From IMG/VR virus record IMGVR_UViG_3300012665_001700, positions 1 to 48,953 of that record: DNA of 48,953 bases; one strand, given 5' to 3'. The notes beneath the pieces are model-generated. The model was not told the DNA's origin. It saw nothing but the letters and a program-made list of their open reading frames with translations, and searched no databases. Shown here in pieces: positions 8,657 through 17,261 of the stretch. The stretch's first letter is position 1, and each line of letters starts with the position of its first letter. Both the position numbers and the translations under genes were made by a program. Origin of the DNA: a virus (taxonomy: Duplodnaviria; Caudoviricetes).

Positions 8657-10513
8657 ATGGACATTTCAACAAGAATTTTATCAGAAATTACAGTCTATAT
8701 GAAGTACGCTAAATATAGACCAGAGTTACAAAGGAGAGAGACATGGGAGGAGTTGGTTACCCGTAATATGGAAATGCATATTAAAAAATACCCAAAATTA
8801 GAAAGTGAGATTAGAGAGAACTATAAATTTGTGTACGATAAAAAGGTATTACCTTCAATGCGTTCAATGCAATTTGCAGGTAAACCAATTGAAATCAGTC
8901 CAAACAGAATATACAATTGTGCATTTGCACCGGTGGATGATTGGAGAGTATTTGCAGAAATTATGTTTCTTCTATTAGGAGGAACTGGTGTAGGATATTC
9001 AGTACAAAAACATCACGTTGATGCATTGCCTGAAATAAGAAAACCAAATATTGATAAAACCCGTAGATTTCTTATTGGAGATTCTATCGAAGGTTGGGCA
9101 GATGCAATATCAGTTATGGTTAAAGCTTACTTTTTTGGTGGTAGTAAACCAGTATTTGATTTTAGAGATATCAGACAAAAGGGTGCAAGGTTAGTGACTT
9201 CAGGTGGTAAGGCTCCTGGTCCACAACCACTAAAAGAATGTTTGATTAAATTGGAAGGCATTTTAGATTCAAAGAATGATGGTGATAAATTAAAACCGAT
9301 TGAAGTACATGATATGGTTTGTCATATTGCAGATGCAGTATTGGCAGGTGGTATTAGAAGAGCTGCATTGATTTCCCTATTCTCCGCAACCGATGAGGAA
9401 ATGATTAGTTGTAAGAGTGGTGCATGGTGGGAAACAAATCCACAAAGAGGTAGAGCAAATAATTCAGCAGTATTAATGAGGCACAAAATTGACAAATCAT
9501 ATTTTATGGATTTGTGGAAAAGAATCGAAGCAAGTGGAGCAGGTGAGCCTGGTATCTACTTATCAAACGATAAAGATTGGGGAACTAATCCATGTTGTGA
9601 GATTGCATTAAGACCTTTCCAGTTCTGTAATTTGTGTGAAGTGAATGTAAGTGATGTAGTTGATCAGAATGATTTAAATGCAAGAGTAAAAGCAGCATCT
9701 TTTATTGGAACATTACAAGCGGGTTATACTGATTTTCATTATCTACGTCCCATTTGGCAAAGAACAACTGAAAAGGATGCATTGATTGGGGTATCTATGA
9801 CCGGTATTGGAAGTGGTGCAGTATTGAAATTGAATATGAAAGATTCTGCAAAAATTGTTAAAGAGGAAAATAAAAGAGTTGCAGAAATAATAGAAATAAA
9901 TTCTACAGCAAGAGCAACAACTGTTAAACCTGCAGGAACTACATCATTAACATTGGGAACATCATCTGGTATACATGCATGGCATAATGATTACTACATT
10001 CGTAGAGTGAGAGTTGGTAAAAATGAATCAATGTATCATCATCTTGTAGTAAATCATCCTGAACTCATTGAAGATGAGTATTTCAGACCACATGATACCG
10101 CAGTGATTGGTATTCCACAAAAAGCACCGGCAGATGCTATTTTCCGTACCGAATCACCGATTCAATTATTGGAACGAGTGAAGAAGGTTCATAATGAGTG
10201 GATTAAACCTGGTCATAAAACGGGTTCAAATACTCATAATGTATCTGCAACTATTTCAATTAGAGCACATGAGTGGGGTGCGGTTGGTGAATGGATGTGG
10301 GAAAACAAAGATTCATACAATGGATTATCGGTACTACCTTATGATGGTGGAACGTATATACAGGCTCCCTTTGAAGATTGTACGAAAGAAAAATATGAAG
10401 AGTTGATGAAAACATTAACTGATGTTGATCTTTCTAAAATTATAGAAGTAGAAGATATGACAGATTTGAGTGGTGAAGTGGCATGTGCAGGAGGTTCGTG
10501 TGAAGTTAAATAA
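8657..10513 (+). CDS. nrdJ: class II (adenosylcobalamin-dependent) ribonucleotide reductase
   Basis: RRETW, LPSMR, YNCAF, GTGVG, TNPCCEI, CNLCEV, TVKPAGT and a C-terminal ACAGGSCE. It is 618 aa with no beta subunit nearby. Confidence 0.9.
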   Translation: MDISTRILSEITVYMKYAKYRPELQRRETWEELVTRNMEMHIKKYPKLESEIRENYKFVYDKKVLPSMRSMQFAGKPIEISPNRIYNCAFAPVDDWRVFAEIMFLLLGGTGVGYSVQKHHVDALPEIRKPNIDKTRRFLIGDSIEGWADAISVMVKAYFFGGSKPVFDFRDIRQKGARLVTSGGKAPGPQPLKECLIKLEGILDSKNDGDKLKPIEVHDMVCHIADAVLAGGIRRAALISLFSATDEEMISCKSGAWWETNPQRGRANNSAVLMRHKIDKSYFMDLWKRIEASGAGEPGIYLSNDKDWGTNPCCEIALRPFQFCNLCEVNVSDVVDQNDLNARVKAASFIGTLQAGYTDFHYLRPIWQRTTEKDALIGVSMTGIGSGAVLKLNMKDSAKIVKEENKRVAEIIEINSTARATTVKPAGTTSLTLGTSSGIHAWHNDYYIRRVRVGKNESMYHHLVVNHPELIEDEYFRPHDTAVIGIPQKAPADAIFRTESPIQLLERVKKVHNEWIKPGHKTGSNTHNVSATISIRAHEWGAVGEWMWENKDSYNGLSVLPYDGGTYIQAPFEDCTKEKYEELMKTLTDVDLSKIIEVEDMTDLSGEVACAGGSCEVK

Positions 10514-10691
10514 AGACGATAAGGAACTATACTATTTGGAAAATGGTAAGGTGGTGTTTACACCATCTTATCATATCCAAAGAGGACATTGTTGTGGCAA
10601 TAAATGCAGACATTGTCCTTATGAACCAAAATACACAAAAGGAAATACTATTTTATGGGAGAAAATGAATCAGCAAAACATAGAGAATTGA
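10500..10691 (+). CDS. DUF5522-like Cys-rich small protein
   Basis: YYLENGKVVFT...RGHCCGNKCRHCPY. The start is uncertain; GTG at 10500 was chosen. Confidence 0.75.
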   Translation: MKLNKDDKELYYLENGKVVFTPSYHIQRGHCCGNKCRHCPYEPKYTKGNTILWEKMNQQNIEN

Positions 10692-11377
10692 CCGAACAGA
10701 TTAGAGAATCGAAACAAAAGCCTAAAGGACCTATTAAATTTCAATTACAATTAAATGAGGAACAAAAGGTTGCAAAAGATAAAATTTTAAATAACGCAAT
10801 TACCGTATTGAGCGGTAAAGCTGGTAGTGGTAAAACTTTATTAGCATGTCAAGTGGCATTGGATTTATTGTTTAAAAAGAGTATTGAAAAAATAATCATT
10901 ACAAGACCAACTGTCAGTAAAGAAGAAATAGGATTCCTTCCAGGAGACTTAAGAGAAAAGATGGAACCCTGGATGCAACCTATCTATTCCAATTTCTATC
11001 AACTTTATAACAAAGAAAAAATTGATGAAATTTTAGAAAGTGGACAGGTAGAGATTGTACCCCTTGCATTTATGAGAGGTAGGACATTTTTGGATTCATT
11101 TATTATAGTAGATGAAGCACAGAATTGTACAAATGACCAAATGGAAATGATTACATCTCGTTTAGGAATTCGTTCAAAAATGGTAGTGTGTGGTGATAGC
11201 CAACAGGTAGATTTAAAATATAGAGGAGATAGTGGATTTAAATTTTTATTATCAACTGCAAAGAAGATTAAAGATATGGATTCACAAACATTATTAACAA
11301 ATCATAGGCATCCGGTTGTTGATGCATTGTTGGATGCATATGATGAATTTAAAAACAAAACAAATGGTAACAGTTAA
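10655..11377 (+). CDS. phoH: PhoH-like ATPase
   Basis: GKAGSGKT, IIITRP, IGFLPG, AFMRGRTF, DEAQN, GDSQQVD, RHPVV. Confidence 0.95.
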   Translation: MGENESAKHRELTEQIRESKQKPKGPIKFQLQLNEEQKVAKDKILNNAITVLSGKAGSGKTLLACQVALDLLFKKSIEKIIITRPTVSKEEIGFLPGDLREKMEPWMQPIYSNFYQLYNKEKIDEILESGQVEIVPLAFMRGRTFLDSFIIVDEAQNCTNDQMEMITSRLGIRSKMVVCGDSQQVDLKYRGDSGFKFLLSTAKKIKDMDSQTLLTNHRHPVVDALLDAYDEFKNKTNGNS

Positions 11378-11627
11378 GAAATTTTCAGCAATATGGTGTG
11401 GACCTTGCAGGGCACTTGCACCTGTAATGAATGAAGTTAAAGGACAATTTTCAAATGTAAAATTTGAAGAATATGATGTGGATACTGATGTAGATGAAGT
11501 AGTAAAATATAATATTGTATCAGTACCAACCGTAATCATTGAAAAAAATGGACAACTTATAGAAAGATTTACAGGCGTATCATCCAAAATAGCATATACC
11601 AATGCAATCAATGAAGCTATAAAATAA
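11364..11627 (+). CDS. trxA: thioredoxin
   Basis: WCGPC active site and SVPT cis-Pro motif; start moved to ATG 11364. Confidence 0.92.
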   Translation: MVTVKKFSAIWCGPCRALAPVMNEVKGQFSNVKFEEYDVDTDVDEVVKYNIVSVPTVIIEKNGQLIERFTGVSSKIAYTNAINEAIK

Positions 11628-11628
11628 A

Positions 11629-11660
11629 TTTGTGATTGTTAAAAAAATTGGTTATATTAG
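11629..11660 (+). promoter_or_regulatory. Bacteroidota-type promoter for the small HTH / Mom operon
   Basis: TTTG at 11629-11632, 20-nt spacer, TATATTAG at 11653-11660; ATG at 11665. Confidence 0.6.
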
Positions 11661-11664
11661 ACGT

Positions 11665-11865
11665 ATGTTAAAAGGTGAAGCACATCCAATGCACAAACTG
11701 ACTGAAGTTCAGGTGCAGACTATAAGAGATTTATGGAAAATAGGACATCGTAATGTAAAAGTATTGGCTAGAAACCACAAGGTTTCACCCGCTAATATTA
11801 AAAAAATAGTTACAAATAAAACATGGCAGCACATGTTAAAATGGCCATATGAAAGAAGCAAATAA
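11665..11865 (+). CDS. small HTH-type DNA-binding protein (resembles the C-terminal domain of HNH homing endonucleases)
   Basis: GEAHPMHKLTEVQVQTIR...LARNHKVSPANIKKIVTNKTW; start moved to ATG 11665. Confidence 0.7.
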   Translation: MLKGEAHPMHKLTEVQVQTIRDLWKIGHRNVKVLARNHKVSPANIKKIVTNKTWQHMLKWPYERSK

Positions 11866-12613
11866 GTTATATTCTGATATCTCAAAATTTAAAGTAAGAC
11901 CAGTTGAAAAATCCGTTGCAAAAAATATAATAGTTAAATATCATTACTCAAAACAATGGACTAAGGTTACTTATTGTTTAGGATTGTTTTACGAAAATCA
12001 AACAGAACACAAATTTTTTGGTGGAGTTAATGAAACGCTTGTTGGTATTATTTGTTATGGTGATCCAATAGGTAGAAACTGTGGTGGATCCATTAGTGAT
12101 TTATTGGAGAGAGATGCGGTAATGGAATTGGTTAGATTGTTTGTATTTGATGGATATGGTTGTAATATAGAAAGTTGGTTCGTTGCAAAATCTTTTGAAT
12201 GGTTAAGAGAAAATGCAAAACATTTGAGAGCATTGATTTCTTATTCAGACCCATCAAAAGGACATTTGGGGCAGATATATCAGGCAACTAATTGGTTATA
12301 TCAAAAGAATATAAAAACCAATACAAGCTTTTCTTTCAAATGGGAAGAAGATGGCAAGTGGCAACATGAAAGAACGATTGCACCTTATTACAATACAATA
12401 TCACCTGCAAAAATACAAACCATAATTACTAAACCATTTTGGGTTAGAGTAGAACCACATAAACATCGATACATTTATATTTTAGGAAAGGATAAAAAGG
12501 ACAGAAAGCAATTATTAAAATCACTTAAACATCCAGTTTATCCATATCCAAAACTGTTAAAAGAATATAAAGAAGAAATAATAAAATTTGAACCAATTGA
12601 AAGAATTAAATAA
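11849..12613 (+). CDS. Mom-like GNAT-fold DNA modification protein (paralog 2)
   Basis: YHYS, MELVRL, NIESWFVAKSFEWLR, LISYSDPSKGHLGQIYQATNWLY, KHRYI. Confidence 0.8.
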   Translation: MKEANKLYSDISKFKVRPVEKSVAKNIIVKYHYSKQWTKVTYCLGLFYENQTEHKFFGGVNETLVGIICYGDPIGRNCGGSISDLLERDAVMELVRLFVFDGYGCNIESWFVAKSFEWLRENAKHLRALISYSDPSKGHLGQIYQATNWLYQKNIKTNTSFSFKWEEDGKWQHERTIAPYYNTISPAKIQTIITKPFWVRVEPHKHRYIYILGKDKKDRKQLLKSLKHPVYPYPKLLKEYKEEIIKFEPIERIK

Positions 12614-13400
12614 GTTATACTGTGATACAAGTCGAGTATCCATCAGAGAAATAAGTTCAACGATTGCAAAAGAAATTATAGTGAAAAAACACTATACTCA
12701 CGCATGGACTGCATGTCGTTATGCATTGGGTATATTTTATAGAACCGATGAATCAAACGCATTGGGTGATAGTGATAAATTGATTGGATGTATGGTTTAT
12801 GGATTTCCAGTAGGAGCAAGAGCATCAACATCAGTTTGTGAAGGACTTACAAAAGATAATATTTTAGAACTGACGAGATTATATTGTGATGATGGATATG
12901 GATCTAATATTGAATCATATGCATTAGGACAATCTTTCAAATGGTTTAGAGAAAATGATAAAGCAATTAAAGTTTTAATATCATACGCTGATAATGGACA
13001 AGAGCATTTGGGCGGTATTTATCAAGCGACCAATTGGATTTATCAAGGAATGAATACTGATATTGCTTTAATGCCAAACTACGGGATTTCCCTATCAAAT
13101 TCTCCTTATAAGTGGATTCATAGTAGGACTGTGTTTTCAATGTGGGGTAGTGGTAATTTGGAATCATTAAAAGCAGCAATAGGAAAGGATGGTTATAAAG
13201 AGTTTTGGAGAAGGGAAGAACCACCAAAACATAGATACGTCCAAATTATTGGAGCAGATAAAAAAGACAAGAAAGATTTAACTAAAAGATTAAAACACGA
13301 AGTTAGACCTTATCCAAAAAACACACAGGATTTTAACAAAGAAATTCAACATCATTTAACGATAGCACCTGAAACCGATTTAAAGACAAAATTTTGGTAA
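12597..13400 (+). CDS. Mom-like GNAT-fold DNA modification protein (paralog 3)
   Basis: KHYT, LELTRL, NIESYALG, LISYADNGQEHLGGIYQATNWIY, KHRYV. TTG start at 12597 inferred from alignment to paralog 2 (MKEANKLY vs xKELNKLY). Confidence 0.8.
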   Translation: MKELNKLYCDTSRVSIREISSTIAKEIIVKKHYTHAWTACRYALGIFYRTDESNALGDSDKLIGCMVYGFPVGARASTSVCEGLTKDNILELTRLYCDDGYGSNIESYALGQSFKWFRENDKAIKVLISYADNGQEHLGGIYQATNWIYQGMNTDIALMPNYGISLSNSPYKWIHSRTVFSMWGSGNLESLKAAIGKDGYKEFWRREEPPKHRYVQIIGADKKDKKDLTKRLKHEVRPYPKNTQDFNKEIQHHLTIAPETDLKTKFW

Positions 13401-13424
13401 TATCAAATAATTTAATTACATTAG
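13393..13424 (+). promoter_or_regulatory. Bacteroidota-type promoter for the DUF4338-polB unit
   Basis: TTTG at 13393-13396, 20-nt spacer, TACATTAG at 13417-13424; ATG at 13429. Confidence 0.55.
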
Positions 13425-13428
13425 ACAT

Positions 13429-14655
13429 ATGAAATTTTGGGACACAGGCGTAGAAGCCAAAAAAACAGACGCATTTGATTTTGAAAAAGAGAAATCAGCA
13501 TTGATTGCAAACTTAGATTATCTATTTACAATGTCCGTTCAGGAACAAACTCTATACAAAAAGTGGTTAGAGTGGAATGAAGATTTGCATGCAAGTATGA
13601 AATTACTACCTGCACTACATCAGCAATATGATAAGATTTGGAAACCCAAAGATATACACGATAAAGAAGGAACTATTTCTGAAATCCAAAACATGCAGCC
13701 GTATGTGGAATTGGTTGAAGATACCGAAGAAGCTACTAAGTGGACTTATATGAGAAAATTAATATCTTCTATGGAGTTTACACCAAATCCAGGTCGCAAT
13801 GTAAAAGGATTTGTAAAAGATAGAGTAAGTGGAAAAGTATTGGGTGTAATTAGTTTAGGTTCTGATATCACATCATTAGGAGTAAGAGATGAATACATTG
13901 GTTGGAAAAAAGAAGATAAGTTTGAAAAAGGTAAATTAAATAACACCGCAATCGGAACATCTATCATTGCAACTCAACCTTTGGGATATAACTTCTTAGG
14001 TGGTAAATTGGTATCGGCATTGACTACATCACCAACGTTCAGAGAACATTGGAAGAAGAAATATGATAATACTCTAATTGCAGTTGGTACTACATCCCTT
14101 TATGGAATACATTCACAATACAATGCGATTCCACATTTTAAAACATTGGGCGAAAGTAAAGGTAAGATTAGTATTAAACCTGATGATAAGTTTTACGATC
14201 CATGGCATCATTGGTTAAAAGATAATCGTGCTGACTGGTATAGAGAACATATCACAGAAGAAAGAGAAAGAAATGGTGCTAATATGGGATATGAAAGAAA
14301 TGGACCTGTTAGTGGTATTAAGCAAAAGATATTAGGGCAGATATTCAAGGAGTGTGGTATTAAAGCCGATACATATCATCACGGATTTAAGCGAGGTGTT
14401 TACTTCGCAATGATGTATGAAAATGGATGCGAATATCTTTGTGATAAAGTTACCGATGATAAATTGGTGATGAAAGATAAATTCGTAGAGGGTGATGATT
14501 ACACAATCCGTTGGTGGAAAAAACAAGCAATTAAACGATATTCAAAACTACACGATGAAGGTAGATTAAAAGATGAAACTCTGTTTTATGCAGATGCAAT
14601 CGGATTGACTTGGGAACAAATGAAAGAAAAATTTTTAGCAGACGTAGGAAGATAA
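13429..14655 (+). CDS. DUF4338 / Druantia DruA-like protein
   Basis: PGRNVKGFVKD...GKVLGVISLGS...RDEYIGW, PLGYNFLGGKL, TTSLYG..SQYN are the DUF4338/DruA pattern. Confidence 0.75.
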   Translation: MKFWDTGVEAKKTDAFDFEKEKSALIANLDYLFTMSVQEQTLYKKWLEWNEDLHASMKLLPALHQQYDKIWKPKDIHDKEGTISEIQNMQPYVELVEDTEEATKWTYMRKLISSMEFTPNPGRNVKGFVKDRVSGKVLGVISLGSDITSLGVRDEYIGWKKEDKFEKGKLNNTAIGTSIIATQPLGYNFLGGKLVSALTTSPTFREHWKKKYDNTLIAVGTTSLYGIHSQYNAIPHFKTLGESKGKISIKPDDKFYDPWHHWLKDNRADWYREHITEERERNGANMGYERNGPVSGIKQKILGQIFKECGIKADTYHHGFKRGVYFAMMYENGCEYLCDKVTDDKLVMKDKFVEGDDYTIRWWKKQAIKRYSKLHDEGRLKDETLFYADAIGLTWEQMKEKFLADVGR

Positions 14656-14662
14656 AAAAAAT

Positions 14663-17215
14663 ATGTATCAAAACATTTATTACGAAAGACAGAAAAATCT
14701 TATGCATCTTTGGGATGATAAGAGTGGTTATCAGACAATGCCATATCGAAAGTATGCATATAAAAAAGATGAACATGGACAATTTACATCAATGAATGGT
14801 GATAAGTTAACAAGAATATCAAAGTGGGATAAAGATGAATCCGATGATTTATTTGAATCGGATGTTCCTGAAACTACCAGAGTATTGGTTGATATATACA
14901 ATTCAGATTTACCATCAAATGGTCATAAAGTATTAACATTTGACATTGAGGTAGAAATGATTACAGGATTACCAAACACAAAAGAAGCACAAAATGAAAT
15001 TACATCAATTGCTACACATGATGGAGCAACTAAAATTTTTGATGTATTCGTTTTGGATAAAGATAAAAAAATAAAAAACAATAAAGATGGATTTGAAAAA
15101 GATGGGAGGAAAGCTCTTGTTCACATTTTTGATAACGAAAAAAATCTTTTACTTGCATTTATTAATTACTACGAACAAGTTGACCCGACTATTCTTACGG
15201 GATGGAATATAGATTTTTTTGATATTCCCTATTTGTATAATAGAATAAAAAATGTTTGTGGTGAAGGACATGCAAAACGATTATCAAGAATTGGACAATG
15301 CTTTTATTCTCCATATAGAGATAAGTGGTCATTTGGTGGTGTATCTATTTTAGATTACATAAATTTATACAAACAATATAATTTTGGTTTGGAAAGTAGT
15401 TACACCTTAAACTATATTGCAACAAAAGAATTGGGCAGAGGTAAAGTGGAATATGAAGGAAGTTTGGATGATTTGTTTGAAACTGATTTGGAAAAATTCA
15501 TTGAATATAACATTGTGGACGTTGATCTTGTAGTTTGTATGGATGAAAAGTTAAAGTTCATAGATTTGTGTAGAGCAATTTGTCACGCCGGATTCGTTCC
15601 GTATGAAGATTACATTTATTCATCAAAGTGGTTAGAAGGTGCTTGTTTGGCATATTTGAAAACCAAAGGAATGGTTGCAACAAATAAACCCTCCGATAGA
15701 CGAGAAAGAATGCAGGCATTAAAAGATAATGATCAAGAGAAATTTATTGGAGCATATGTTAAAGAACCAATTGTTGGAAAATATGATTGGATATATGATT
15801 TGGATTTGACTTCACTATATCCATCAATCATTATGACTTTGAATATCAGTCCTGAAACAAAGATTGGTAAGATTGAAAACTGGGATCCAGAAGAATGGAT
15901 TAAAGGTGTAGATAAGGAGTATAGAATAGTGGGCAAGGATGATGTATATGAATATACCCGTACAGAATTAGGAGAAGTAATCAAAGATAGTAATTTGGGT
16001 GTAGCTGCAAACGGAGTTCTTTATTCGCAAGATAAACCTGGTCTAATTGCGGATATCCTTAATACGTGGTTTAATAAACGTGTGGAATATCGTAAATTGG
16101 AAAAGAAATATGGTGAAGCGGGCGATACTGAACAATATGAATTCTATGGTAAAAGACAACACGTTCAAAAAATTCTTTTGAACTCAATGTATGGTGTATT
16201 AGGATTGCCGGCATTCCGATTCTATGATGTGGATAATGCAGAAGCAGTAACTCTAACAGGTCAAGTTGTTATTAAGAAAACAGCTGAAATGGCAAATAGA
16301 AAATATTGGAAAGAATTAGGAACAACGGATGATTATAATGTCTATATTGATACGGATTCAATTTATATGATGGCAGAACCATTGGTAAAACATAGGTACC
16401 CAGAATATAAACAATTTGATGAAAAACGAATGGCATCCGAAGTTGATATAGTTGCAACGGAAACACAAACATTTTTAAATTCATTCTATGATTTATTAGC
16501 AGAAAAGTTTTTCTTTATTCCAAAAGATAAACATAGATTTGAGATTAAAAAGGAATATATTTCTAAAGCGGGATTTTGGGTAGCAAAAAAGAGGTACGCA
16601 CAATGGATGATTTTGAAAAATGGTATTCCATGTGATAAATTAGATGTAAAGGGGCTTGATGTAGTTCGTTCATCTTTTCCAAAAGCATTTCAGAAGTTCA
16701 TGTCTACAATGTTAAAAGATATTTTAATGGGTAAAGGACATGATTATATAGATGATACTCTATTGACCTTTAAGAAAAGTTTACCAAATCTTCCTGTAAA
16801 CCTTATTGCAAAAGGTGGGGCTATCAAAGAATTAAGTAAATACGATAATGGTAGCTGGAGGGCAGGTGATTCGGTTGCTAACTTTGAAAAAGGAACACCT
16901 GCACACGTTAAAGCCGGAATTGCATATAATAGATTATTGAAATTCTTCAACGCACCATTTAAACATGAACCAATCAGAGATGGTGATAAAGTGAAGTGGG
17001 TATATCTTAAAACAAATCCATTGGGATTAGAAACTTTAGCATTTAAAGATTATAATGACCCCAAAAATATTATGGATTTCGTTGAAACCTATATTGATAG
17101 AGATAAAATATTTGAAGCGGAATTAGAAAACAAATTAGATGATTTTTATAACGCATTAAAGTGGGAAAAAGTTACTAGTGAAACAAAAACAGCAAAGAAA
17201 TTCTTTGCGTTTTAA
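14663..17215 (+). CDS. polB: family B DNA polymerase (T4 gp43-like) with 3'-5' exonuclease
   Basis: Exonuclease motifs FDIE, GWNIDFFDIPY, YNIVDV; polymerase motifs DLTSLYPS, KILLNSMYG, YIDTDS, KKRY. Confidence 0.96.
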   Translation: MYQNIYYERQKNLMHLWDDKSGYQTMPYRKYAYKKDEHGQFTSMNGDKLTRISKWDKDESDDLFESDVPETTRVLVDIYNSDLPSNGHKVLTFDIEVEMITGLPNTKEAQNEITSIATHDGATKIFDVFVLDKDKKIKNNKDGFEKDGRKALVHIFDNEKNLLLAFINYYEQVDPTILTGWNIDFFDIPYLYNRIKNVCGEGHAKRLSRIGQCFYSPYRDKWSFGGVSILDYINLYKQYNFGLESSYTLNYIATKELGRGKVEYEGSLDDLFETDLEKFIEYNIVDVDLVVCMDEKLKFIDLCRAICHAGFVPYEDYIYSSKWLEGACLAYLKTKGMVATNKPSDRRERMQALKDNDQEKFIGAYVKEPIVGKYDWIYDLDLTSLYPSIIMTLNISPETKIGKIENWDPEEWIKGVDKEYRIVGKDDVYEYTRTELGEVIKDSNLGVAANGVLYSQDKPGLIADILNTWFNKRVEYRKLEKKYGEAGDTEQYEFYGKRQHVQKILLNSMYGVLGLPAFRFYDVDNAEAVTLTGQVVIKKTAEMANRKYWKELGTTDDYNVYIDTDSIYMMAEPLVKHRYPEYKQFDEKRMASEVDIVATETQTFLNSFYDLLAEKFFFIPKDKHRFEIKKEYISKAGFWVAKKRYAQWMILKNGIPCDKLDVKGLDVVRSSFPKAFQKFMSTMLKDILMGKGHDYIDDTLLTFKKSLPNLPVNLIAKGGAIKELSKYDNGSWRAGDSVANFEKGTPAHVKAGIAYNRLLKFFNAPFKHEPIRDGDKVKWVYLKTNPLGLETLAFKDYNDPKNIMDFVETYIDRDKIFEAELENKLDDFYNALKWEKVTSETKTAKKFFAF

Positions 17216-17234
17216 AAAAAATTACCTATATTTA
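17204..17234 (+). promoter_or_regulatory. Bacteroidota-type promoter
   Basis: TTTG at 17204-17207, 19-nt spacer, TATATTTA at 17227-17234. Confidence 0.6.
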
Positions 17235-17261
17235 CATAACATAAAACTTAAAACAAAAAGT

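Noticed and set aside
13429-14655. Complete Druantia defence system
   Set aside because: Only a DruA-like gene is present; there is no DruE helicase or DruB-D in the window.
3813-17215. Inteins or introns in RecA, helicase, RNR or PolB
   Set aside because: Protein lengths are normal and the catalytic motifs are contiguous.
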